Source of the DNA: Bacillota bacterium
Lineage (GTDB): Bacteria; Bacillota; Clostridia; Acetivibrionales; JAMNXU01
Assembly: GCA_023623175.1 (NCBI GenBank)
Contig: JAMNXU010000013.1
Span: forward strand, 3,933-67,932
Reading direction: 5' to 3'
DNA: 64,000 bases
Shown in pieces: positions 47,941 to 55,839 of the stretch (positions are counted from its first letter, which is position 1; the number at the start of each line of letters is the position of its first letter). The position numbers were made by a program, and so were the translations under genes. Under the pieces are notes generated by a model, which was not told the origin of the DNA, ran no database searches, and saw only the letters and a list, made by a program, of their open reading frames with translations.

Positions 47941-47941
47941 G

Positions 47942-49369
47942 TTAAAACCTCAAATCCCGCTCGCCGTTGCGAATTCGCTGCAGATATTCAATTGCGCGCT
48001 GTCTCTGCCTTTCATTGGGAACATTCTGTATCTCGCTGTCTATAAGCCTGCGGCCCATTTCCAACAGTTCATCGTCGGCATAATCCTGCAGATATTCCTC
48101 AAAGGTCAAAAGCGCATTGGGCAGGCAGCAGTTTTTAATCTGCCCCGATTTGGCCAGAGCCATGAACCGGTCGCCCGTCCTGCCTTCCCTGTAACAGGCG
48201 GTGCAATAACTCGGAATGTACCCGTCCCTTACAAGGCTCTTGAGCACATCAATGGGCTTCCTGTGGTCAGCAAGGTAAAACTGGGGCTTTTCATCCACAT
48301 CTTCATCTTCAGCGTAACTTTTCTTTGCGTAACCGCCGACGCCCACGCAGGAACCGGCGCTCATCTGGGAAATGCCAATATCCAGCAGTTCATTGCGGAA
48401 CTCGACTCTTTCCCTCGTTGACAGGATCATTCCCGTATAAGGTACGGCAAGGCGGATGGTAGCCACCACCTTTTTGAAATCCCTGTCGTTGACGAGATAC
48501 GGGAAAGACGAATAATCCACACCCTCCGCCGGCAAGAGCCTCGGGATTGAAATCGTGTGCGGACCGACGCCGGCGACAGCCTCAAGATGCTCCGCGTGCA
48601 TCAGCAAGGCGACCACTTCGTAGTGGTAATCGTAAAGCCCGAACAGCGGACCGATCCCCACGTCGTCAATTCCTCCTCCCAGCATGGCCCTGTCCATGGC
48701 CTCGGTATGCCACTCGTAGTCAGCCTTTGGACCGGAATGCATCGCAAGGTATGTGGGCTTGTGATAGGTTTCCTGGAACAGGGTGTATGTGCCGATCTTG
48801 GCTTCCTTGAGCTTTCTGTAATTTTCCTCCGTGGTTGCCGCAATATCTATGTTAATTCTGCGAATCGAGCCGTTTTCAAACTTCTCGCTGTAAATGGTAT
48901 TTATGCACTCAAGAATGTATTCAATCGGGCAGTTTTGGTCGTCTTCGCCGGCTTCCAGCAGGAGCCTCTTATGCCCCATTCGCTCCAGCGCACGGACTTC
49001 TTCCCTCAACTCCTCCTGGGACAGCCGGTGTCTCGCAATCTTGTTTGAACACTTGTAACCGCAATATTTGCAGTTGTTCACGCAGTAATTCGAAAGATAC
49101 AGCGGGGCGAAAATGACGATCCTCTTTCCGTAAATTGCCTCCTTGACTTCTTTTGCGATTTTGAACATCAGCCCGAGAGTTTCGTCGTCGTCCACTTCCA
49201 GCAGGACCGCAGCTTCGCGGTGAGTGAGGCCCTTGTAATTTCTTGCCTTTTCCAGGATCCTGTAAACTTCCGCCTTGTTTTTAACGAGCTTTTTCGCCTC
49301 ACTTATTGATTCCAGCACCTCGCCGTCATCAATATACTCGTTGCAGTCCATGGATTTTACGTTATACAT
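47942..49369 (-). CDS. hydG: [FeFe]-hydrogenase maturase HydG (radical SAM tyrosine lyase)
   Basis: 475 aa. Radical-SAM motif CVNNCKYCGY, and the C-terminal auxiliary-cluster motif CTACYREGRTGDRFMALAKSGQIKNCCLPNA. Confidence 0.92.
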   Translation of the reverse strand: MYNVKSMDCNEYIDDGEVLESISEAKKLVKNKAEVYRILEKARNYKGLTHREAAVLLEVDDDETLGLMFKIAKEVKEAIYGKRIVIFAPLYLSNYCVNNCKYCGYKCSNKIARHRLSQEELREEVRALERMGHKRLLLEAGEDDQNCPIEYILECINTIYSEKFENGSIRRINIDIAATTEENYRKLKEAKIGTYTLFQETYHKPTYLAMHSGPKADYEWHTEAMDRAMLGGGIDDVGIGPLFGLYDYHYEVVALLMHAEHLEAVAGVGPHTISIPRLLPAEGVDYSSFPYLVNDRDFKKVVATIRLAVPYTGMILSTRERVEFRNELLDIGISQMSAGSCVGVGGYAKKSYAEDEDVDEKPQFYLADHRKPIDVLKSLVRDGYIPSYCTACYREGRTGDRFMALAKSGQIKNCCLPNALLTFEEYLQDYADDELLEMGRRLIDSEIQNVPNERQRQRAIEYLQRIRNGERDLRF

Positions 49370-49457
49370 TTTATTACCCCTTTCAAAAATAAATTTGATT
49401 GCAATTTAACAGAATAAATCCGTTTGTTCTTTTGAATAATTCAATACCGGTCACTAA

Positions 49458-49537
49458 GGCTGACTCCGATTATTTCAGGCTAATCCCGGTTATTTCAGGC
49501 TGATTCCGGTTATTCCAGCCCGAGTCCGGTTATTTCA
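49458..49537. repeat. Four 20-nt tandem units copying the hydF 3' end, stop codon included
   Basis: ggctgactccgattatttca / ggctaatcccggttatttca / ggctgattccggttattcca / gcccgagtccggttatttca, then ggctgatttt (coding). The fourth unit contains the real hydF stop (49530-49532). Confidence 0.85.
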
Positions 49538-50780
49538 GGCTGATTTTATCCAAAATGCCGGACAGGTAGGCAATCGCGACGCCGTAATTGGTCATTGGCA
49601 CTTTCTGCCTCGATGCCCTGTCTATTCGTGAAAGCATGTACCTGCGGTTAAACATGCACGCTCCGCAATGGATGATCAAATCATATGATGACAGGTCCTC
49701 GGGGAAATCATTGCCGCTCACCACGTCCACAGTAAGTCCCGGTCCTACCTTGCGGCGCAGCATGGCGGGAATCTTTTCCCTGCCTATGTCCTCGCTGAGC
49801 GGCGCATGGGTGCAGGCTTCAGCTATAAGAACCCGCGAATTTTCCGTAAGGCTTTCAATGGCAGCGGCGCTTTCCGCGTAGTAATCAATATCGCCCTTGT
49901 ATCCGGCATACAGCACCGAGAAGGATGTAAGCCTGCTTTCGGCGGGTTTCTTTTCATACACGGTTTTAAAAACCTGGGAGTCCGTTATTATGACTGCCGG
50001 CGGCTCTTTCAGCGCGCTCAATGCTTCGTCGATCTTTTCCGCCGTTGTGCATATCACCATGCATTTTCTGTCCAGCAACTCCCTGATCGTCTGGACCTGC
50101 GGAAGAATCAGCCTGCCCTTTGGCGCCTGTATGTCCTGGGGCATGACGAGCAACACGGTATCGCCGTCGCTGACCACATTGCCCGTTATTAACGGGTTCT
50201 CATAATCTTCGGGCAGGTTCTCCAGTATAGCCTTGTAAATCCGGGAAACGACATCCTTATCCCGCGCGCTGACCGCGACAGGTCTGATGCCCGTACCCTT
50301 CTCAACAAGATCCTGCGCTGCTTTTACTTCGCTTGAACCATTCAGCATGTCGCACTTGTTCAACACCGTGATTACGGGAATATTCATCCTTCTAAATTCG
50401 GCGATCCATTTTTTCTCAATATCGAAAACGGAACTCTCCATACCGGTATCAGGCTTATTGCTAACTGGAACCAGTTTGCTCCCGTCGAATACTACGAGCG
50501 CAACATCGGTTTTAAGCGCAGCTTCCCGCGTCTTTTTCATCCTGAGCCCGCCTATCTCGCCTTCATCATCAAACCCGGCCGTGTCAATGAGCACGCACGG
50601 TCCTATCGGATGGATTTCCATCGACTTGTACACGGGATCAGTGGTTGTGCCGGCAATATCAGAAACCAGCGCCGTTTCATGCCCGGTGATCGCGTTGATC
50701 AGCGAAGACTTCCCGCTGTTTCTTCTGCCGAAAATGCCTATGTGCAACCGGTTGCTCCTGGGTGTGTTATTCAGACTCAT
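49530..50780 (-). CDS. hydF: [FeFe]-hydrogenase maturation GTPase HydF
   Basis: P-loop GRRNSGKSS, TTDPV, and the C-terminal cluster motif CTHAP...HCGACMFNR. Confidence 0.92.
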   Translation of the reverse strand: MSLNNTPRSNRLHIGIFGRRNSGKSSLINAITGHETALVSDIAGTTTDPVYKSMEIHPIGPCVLIDTAGFDDEGEIGGLRMKKTREAALKTDVALVVFDGSKLVPVSNKPDTGMESSVFDIEKKWIAEFRRMNIPVITVLNKCDMLNGSSEVKAAQDLVEKGTGIRPVAVSARDKDVVSRIYKAILENLPEDYENPLITGNVVSDGDTVLLVMPQDIQAPKGRLILPQVQTIRELLDRKCMVICTTAEKIDEALSALKEPPAVIITDSQVFKTVYEKKPAESRLTSFSVLYAGYKGDIDYYAESAAAIESLTENSRVLIAEACTHAPLSEDIGREKIPAMLRRKVGPGLTVDVVSGNDFPEDLSSYDLIIHCGACMFNRRYMLSRIDRASRQKVPMTNYGVAIAYLSGILDKISLK

Positions 50781-51910
50781 TGTACCGCCTCCTTCACAGC
50801 CTTCTTTACAGGCTCCTGCACTGCTTCCTTCACAAAATCCCCGCGGTCCACCACGAGCTCATAGCCTATTCCCTTCATGCGGCTTTGCAGGCAATGGCGG
50901 CATTCTGCCGCTTCTTCGCCAGTACAGATCTTATTGTCATAGAGCGAGTACTTCTTCCTGACTCCCACGGGCGAAAGATTGGGCATTACCACGTTGGCGC
51001 CGGCCAATATTCCCAGTTCCCGGCCCCTGGGATGGACAGTGCCGAGGGCCGTCGTCGCCGGAATCAGGGCATTGGGCAGCATCAGCCGCAGGATTCCTAT
51101 GAGAAACAGCGTCATTTGGGCTTCGCCGGCCGGGAACGACGCAAAGGGCGTGTCATGATGCGGTATAAACGGGCCTATTCCGACCATCTCCGGCTCCAGT
51201 TCCTTTATAAACAACAGGTCCTCCACAATATTGTCAACGGTCTGCCAGGGCGATCCAACCATGAAGCCAGCACCTACCTGGTATCCGAGTTTTTTCAGGT
51301 CATACAGGCAGCGCCTACGGTTTTCATAACTCATTTCCCCGGGATGCAGCCTGTAATAGTGCTCCCTGTTTGCCGTTTCATGCCTCAGGAGATACCTGTC
51401 CGCTCCCGCTTCGCGGTATTTTTTATATTGCTCGTAGGTTCGCTCGCCGATAGAAAGCGTTATAGCGCAGTCGGGATACGAACGCCTTATTGAAGAAATT
51501 ATGTCAACAAGCATGTCATCGCTGTACCACGGGTCCTCGCCGCCCTGCAGGACGAAGGTCCTGAACCCGAGTTCGTATCCCCCGGCACAGCATTCCAATA
51601 TTTCATCCTTGCCCAGGCGGTAGCGTTCCGCGGCCGTGTTGCCTCTTCTTATGCCGCAGTAAAAACAGTTGTTTTTACAGTGGTTCGTAAATTCTATCAA
51701 ACCCCGCGTATAAATTCTTTTACCGAAAAACGAGTCCGCCACGGCCCTTGATTTAGAAAACAGGTACTGCGCGTCTTCGTCGGTGAAATCCGTCAGCAGC
51801 TCTGCAAACTCCCGGGCGTCCAGGCATCTTTCCCTGTGCAGTTTATCTATGAGACCGCGTTTGTCCGTTCCTGTGCACACTTTCTTCTTTCCTTTCAGGA
51901 TAGATTTCAT
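50777..51910 (-). CDS. hydE: [FeFe]-hydrogenase maturase HydE (radical SAM)
   Basis: CKNNCFYCGIRRGN radical-SAM motif and biotin-synthase-like fold motifs. 4-nt overlap with hydF. Confidence 0.9.
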   Translation of the reverse strand: MKSILKGKKKVCTGTDKRGLIDKLHRERCLDAREFAELLTDFTDEDAQYLFSKSRAVADSFFGKRIYTRGLIEFTNHCKNNCFYCGIRRGNTAAERYRLGKDEILECCAGGYELGFRTFVLQGGEDPWYSDDMLVDIISSIRRSYPDCAITLSIGERTYEQYKKYREAGADRYLLRHETANREHYYRLHPGEMSYENRRRCLYDLKKLGYQVGAGFMVGSPWQTVDNIVEDLLFIKELEPEMVGIGPFIPHHDTPFASFPAGEAQMTLFLIGILRLMLPNALIPATTALGTVHPRGRELGILAGANVVMPNLSPVGVRKKYSLYDNKICTGEEAAECRHCLQSRMKGIGYELVVDRGDFVKEAVQEPVKKAVKEAVQ

Positions 51911-51962
51911 GCTCTGTTTGTTTCACCTTTCCGAATAAATTTCATGCTCCATTTGTTTAAAC

Positions 51963-52220
51963 TCAATCATTGAAAAACATCCTGGAATAAACAGCCTTGG
52001 CCGACACGGCCGGAATCATTCCGAGCTTCCCCGATAATGCGCTGATTACGTCGTTGGGAGCGTCCATCACAATGCAGATTATGGATATACCCCGTTTGCG
52101 GTACGGTATTCCCATGCGTCCGATTATGTAATCCCGGTATTCATGAAGAGTGCTGTTCACCTTTTCCACGGAATCAGGATTTTCAACAATAATGCTGACA
52201 GCGGCAATTCTTGTTTCCAA
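51963..52220 (-). CDS. TM1266-family putative iron-only hydrogenase system regulator
   Basis: 85 aa, METRIAAVSIIVENPDSVEKVNSTLHEYRDYIIGRMGIPYRKRGISIICIVMDAPNDVISALSGKLG. This is the small ACT-like protein typically found with hydEFG. TTG start behind an AGGAGGTGA RBS. Confidence 0.8.
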   Translation of the reverse strand: METRIAAVSIIVENPDSVEKVNSTLHEYRDYIIGRMGIPYRKRGISIICIVMDAPNDVISALSGKLGMIPAVSAKAVYSRMFFND

Positions 52221-52471
52221 AAACCTTCACCTCCTAAAAAATCCGCTTCAACCGAAAAAATCTGCTTCAGCCAAAATTCCCTGTTCAACCAAAATTCCTT
52301 GGGCGAGTATTATTGAGCAAAATTCAATTACAAGGCAAAATTCCCGTGTCGGAATACTAAGCCTGAGGTCAAAACTAATGAGTCAAAACTCCCTCGTCAA
52401 AAATTACCGGATCAAAATAACTAAAGAAACAAAGTAAAATCCCCGGAACAAAATTCCGGTCTAAACCCCCG
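52221..52471. repeat. About 12 degenerate 14-22-nt repeats with core GGAATTTTG (minus strand)
   Basis: Minus strand: ccggaattttgttcc, gggattttactttg, agttattttgatcc, taatttttgacgag, agttttgactcatt, agttttgacctcag, gggaattttgccttg, ttgaattttgctc, aaggaattttggttgaac, agggaattttggctgaagc, agattttttcggttgaagc, ggattttttaggagg. The array starts at the terminator tail GGGGATTTTTGTTTTGG. Confidence 0.6.
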
Positions 52472-52510
52472 ACCAAAACAAAAATCCCCGCCCGGGGAAA
52501 AGGCAGGGAT
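52472..52510 (-). terminator. Intrinsic terminator-like hairpin inside the hyd operon leader
   Basis: Minus strand: ATCCCTGCC-ttttccccg-GGCGGGGAT (9 bp, one G-U pair), followed by TTTTTGTTTTGG. Confidence 0.6.
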
Positions 52511-52868
52511 TGTGTTATATGATAAACATAACTTAAATGCGGCAAGTTATCTTGTATACAGTGGGCTCCAACGGACTGCCCGCCTGCACAAGATGAGCTG
52601 TGGCACTTAACGGGCTTTTGTCATCAATTCGTCATTTAAGGTAAGAATTGATCTTTTAAATAACATTTGCCTTGCCCGTATACAACAATCCGCATTCAAA
52701 TTATGACAAGGACCATATCCTATAAACACTATATGCGCTTGCCTTCCCACTCGGGACGTACCCTTGTGAATCAGGGCAATTTCAGGTTTTCAATTTCGGG
52801 CTCGATGTAAGGCGCAGTCCCTTGCATCTTGCCCAAAGCAAATTCGTTAACTTTTTAACACTCTTTCC
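52511..52868 (-). ncRNA. Candidate structured leader / cis-regulatory RNA upstream of the regulator-hydEFG operon (class unknown)
   Basis: About 360 nt with no ORF of 60 aa or more on either strand. Bounded by a promoter-like element and the terminator. Nested long-range complementarity: 52536-52542 with 52690-52696, and 52552-52559 with 52678-52685. An 8-bp hairpin pairs 52623-52630 with 52645-52652. Confidence 0.35.
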
Positions 52869-52874
52869 TATAAA

Positions 52875-52903
52875 AGTATACTGCAGTCAGCGCAGTTTTT
52901 CAA
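52875..52903 (-). promoter_or_regulatory. Sigma-A-type promoter for the hyd leader
   Basis: Minus strand: TTGAAA, 17 nt, TATACT. Confidence 0.45.
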
Positions 52904-52959
52904 TACCTTTTGTTAAAAAATTGTCTATTTATTTTGGGATAATATTTTCTGAAAATTCC

Positions 52960-53317
52960 CTGTCCGGCCCTTAATTGATCTCTACATCTGTACTGTACTG
53001 TTCTGTTTTGTTTTTATTTGTTATTATCTGTTTTTATTTGTTATTATCTGTTTTTATTCAATTTGTTATCTTTCTTTTTTCTTTATCTATCCTCTTTTTC
53101 TTAATTTGTTATCTATCTTTTTTCTTTTCTTTATCTATTTCTTTTCCTTGACTATTTCTTTACTTTTTCTAATTCTTTTCTTTTTCTAATTCTCTTCTTT
53201 ATCTTTTCTTTTCTTTGACTATTTCTTCTCTTTACTATTTCTTTTCTTTTACTATTTCTTTTTCCATTTCTTTTCTTAATCCTTTTTTTACCTGTTTTTC
53301 TTCATTTATTTCTTTTT
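52960..53317. repeat. ~360-nt purine-rich (minus strand) low-complexity tract of degenerate repeats after the ntpD stop
   Basis: The minus strand continues the ntpD end (aagatgaagaaaagaaataaataa) as gaaataaatgaagaaaaacagg.., aagaaaagaaatggaaaaagaaatagtaaaagaaaagaaatagtaaagagaagaaatagtcaaagaaaag.. Stop codons occur in every frame. Confidence 0.75.
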
Positions 53318-53932
53318 TTATTTATTTCTTTTCTTCATCTTTTTGATCTTGAAAAAGTCCTCCCTTTCCTTTTCTTCGAGGACCTCCTCTATATATTTGA
53401 CTTGCTCCCTGTATCTCGGTATCAGTATATGCTGAAGCGCATTTGTTCTTTTACTTGTTTTTTCAATCTCCCGCGCCAGCTTAAAAATTGAATTTTCAAT
53501 TTCGGCCAGCTCATACAGTTTATACTTAACTTCGTTGAATTTCAGCCGCGCCTCATCCAGGGATGTATTGGTGTTGAAAAAGCCATAGGAAGGCTTTATT
53601 TCCTGCCTTTTATATTTAACCACGGGAATATCCACGCCCATGATGCTCTTTAACAGCACCTCGAAATTCTCATCATTGGGAATACTGTTGGTGATGTCGT
53701 CCACGTCCCTTATTCCCAGCGTGAGATTCGCTACCTGGAGCGCATTGTACGCTTCCTCGAATATCCCGTATATCTCATTTTGAATATTCTTCGCCCTGTC
53801 AACCATGTCCATCATTTCGCGGATGAGGACGTTCCTCTTTTTATCCAGGAGTTCATAGCCGCTCCTGGAAAGGGCAAGCGCGGTTTTGGCTTTTATAAGG
53901 TTGGCTTTTGTGGGCGCAGTCAGCTGAGACAT
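53318..53932 (-). CDS. ntpD: V-type ATPase subunit D
   Basis: 204 aa. MSQLTAPTKANLIKAKTALALSRSGYELLDKKRNVLIREMM is the canonical V/A-ATPase D N-terminus. Confidence 0.9.
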   Translation of the reverse strand: MSQLTAPTKANLIKAKTALALSRSGYELLDKKRNVLIREMMDMVDRAKNIQNEIYGIFEEAYNALQVANLTLGIRDVDDITNSIPNDENFEVLLKSIMGVDIPVVKYKRQEIKPSYGFFNTNTSLDEARLKFNEVKYKLYELAEIENSIFKLAREIEKTSKRTNALQHILIPRYREQVKYIEEVLEEKEREDFFKIKKMKKRNK

Positions 53933-54332
53933 TACTTATACACCTTGCTTCTGCAATTTGCTCAATTATACCTGTTCTTATATCTGTTTTATATTATCGT
54001 TTTATACAATTTTGATTTTATAAAATTTCTTTATGTTCATTTTTTATATAATCTGTTTTTCATATATAATCTGTTTTTCTTATATAATCTGCTTTTCTTT
54101 AAATAAACAATCTGCTTTTCCTCATATAATTCTTCATATAATTTGATTTTCTTTATATAATTCGCTTTTTTATATATTCTGCTTTTCTTTACATAATCCG
54201 TTTTTCTTGTTTTATATAATTTGTGTTTTTAGGGAGGCCGCTCTCTCCATATATTACATCATGTCCTGCACCATGGTTATATCCGTTTTTTGCATCTTTT
54301 TATCTTCATGTCTTGCATCGTGTTTTACCATT
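53933..54332. repeat. 400-nt untranslated spacer inside the V-ATPase operon, made of ~12 degenerate ~18-nt repeats
   Basis: Minus-strand units: aagaaaagcagaatatata, aaaaagcgaattatata, aagaaaatcaaattatatg, aggaaaagcagattgtttattta, aagaaaagcagattatata, agaaaaacagattatatat, gaaaaacagattatata. These resemble the ntpB end cagaagtattataaaggcaaacag. Confidence 0.75.
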
Positions 54333-55718
54333 TTACCTGTTCTGTTTGCCTTTATAATACTTCTGCACGAACTCGGTGCGGATACGGTCAAGTTCTGTGA
54401 CAGGCAGCATGGAAAGTATCTCCCACCCGAGATCGAGCGTTTCGGCAATACTCCTGTTCTCGTCTGCGCCCTGGGAAATGAACCGGTTTTCCAGCTCGCG
54501 CCCGAACTCGAGGTAAAGCCTGTCAATATCTCCGAGGTCCTCTTCCCCTATAATCTGGGAAAGGGACCGCACATCCTGGACCCGGGAATAGGCTGCAAAT
54601 ATCTGGCTTGCGAGGTCCGCATGGTCCTCGCGCGTATAATCTTTGCCTATGCCGTCCTTCATGAGACGAGAAAGCGACGGAAGTATGTCAATCGGCGGAT
54701 AAATGCCCTTCTGGTTCAATTCGCGGCTCAGGACTATTTGTCCCTCGGTAATGAACCCGGTCAAATCGGGAATCGGGTGCGTAATATCATCATTGGGCAT
54801 TGTCAGGATGGGTATGAGGGTTATGGAACCTTCCCTGCCCTTTATCATTCCGGCTCTCTCGTATATGGTTGACAGGTCGCTGTAGAGGTAGCCGGGATAG
54901 CCCTTGCGCGACGGAACTTCTTCCTTTGCCGACGATATCTCGCGCAGAGCTTCCGCATAGCTTGTCATGTCCGTCAGGATTACAAGCACGTGCATGTCGA
55001 GCTCAAAAGCCAGGTATTCAGCAGCAGTAAGCGCGCACCGCGGAGTTGCTATCCTCTCGACAATCGGGGCATCGGCCGTGTTAATATACATCACCACGTG
55101 GTCCGAAACCCCCGATTCCTGGAAACTTCTCACGAAAAAGTCGGCGTCGTCATGCTTGACGCCCATTGCTCCGAAAACCACGGCGAAATTCCTGTTGTCG
55201 TCGCCTTCAATGCGGGCATTTTTGACAATATGCGCCGCCAGCTGATTGTGGTTGATGCCGCTTCCGGAAAATATCGGGAGCTTCTGGCCGCGTATCAGCG
55301 TCATCAGCGCGTCAATGGCCGAAATACCCGTCTGTATAAAATTCCTCGGGTATTTGCGCGCAACGGGATTAATCGGCCGCCCGTTAATATTCCTTCTTAC
55401 GTTGGTCAGCACCTCGCCCATCCCGTCAATTGGCTCTCCCACGCCGTTAAATGTCCTGCCCAGTATTTCCTCCGATACGGGTACCGTCATGGGTTCGCCC
55501 GTAAACGTAACGGCTGCGTTGTTGGCCGATATGCCCGCAGTTCCTTCAAAAACCTGGACAACAACCCTGGTGCCGTCGATAAGTATTACCTTGCCTTTCC
55601 TGTTTTCCGAGCCATCCACCCGGATTGACACCAGTTCGCCGTATTGCACGTCATGTACATTTGTCAATACAATGAGAGGGCCTTCTACCTTCTCCAGTTT
55701 CAAGTATTCCTTCCTCAT
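54333..55718 (-). CDS. ntpB: V-type ATPase subunit B
   Basis: [18 protein letters not shown] start. Non-catalytic nucleotide-binding subunit motifs ([14 protein letters not shown]-type: [21 protein letters not shown]). Confidence 0.93.
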   Translation of the reverse strand: MRKEYLKLEKVEGPLIVLTNVHDVQYGELVSIRVDGSENRKGKVILIDGTRVVVQVFEGTAGISANNAAVTFTGEPMTVPVSEEILGRTFNGVGEPIDGMGEVLTNVRRNINGRPINPVARKYPRNFIQTGISAIDALMTLIRGQKLPIFSGSGINHNQLAAHIVKNARIEGDDNRNFAVVFGAMGVKHDDADFFVRSFQESGVSDHVVMYINTADAPIVERIATPRCALTAAEYLAFELDMHVLVILTDMTSYAEALREISSAKEEVPSRKGYPGYLYSDLSTIYERAGMIKGREGSITLIPILTMPNDDITHPIPDLTGFITEGQIVLSRELNQKGIYPPIDILPSLSRLMKDGIGKDYTREDHADLASQIFAAYSRVQDVRSLSQIIGEEDLGDIDRLYLEFGRELENRFISQGADENRSIAETLDLGWEILSMLPVTELDRIRTEFVQKYYKGKQNR

Positions 55719-55839
55719 AGACAAAGTCCCTCGTTCTGAAACTTATTAATCTTCATGTTTTAATGCTCAATTGTTTCTAAGGTTTATGCTTCCCGCCCAG
55801 TCATCATCTGCCCTGGTTAATCCTTATTCCCAGCCGCGC

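Noticed and set aside
47593-48421. Plus-strand ORFs 47593..48045, 47730..47945 and 47834..48421, giving repeats such as PPGTRGRFF and QENRPRVP
   Set aside because: They arise from translating the GGGACA repeat arrays and then the antisense of hydG. The periodic peptide repeats come from the DNA repeat, not from a protein.
52511-52868. Identification of the hyd leader as RNase P RNA, tmRNA, SRP RNA or a known riboswitch
   Set aside because: It lacks GAGGAAAGUCC (RNase P), the tRNA-like ends (tmRNA), the SRP domain IV consensus, the T-box GGUGGUACCGCG, and the SAM-I/cobalamin/lysine cores as I remember them. It is kept only as an unclassified candidate.
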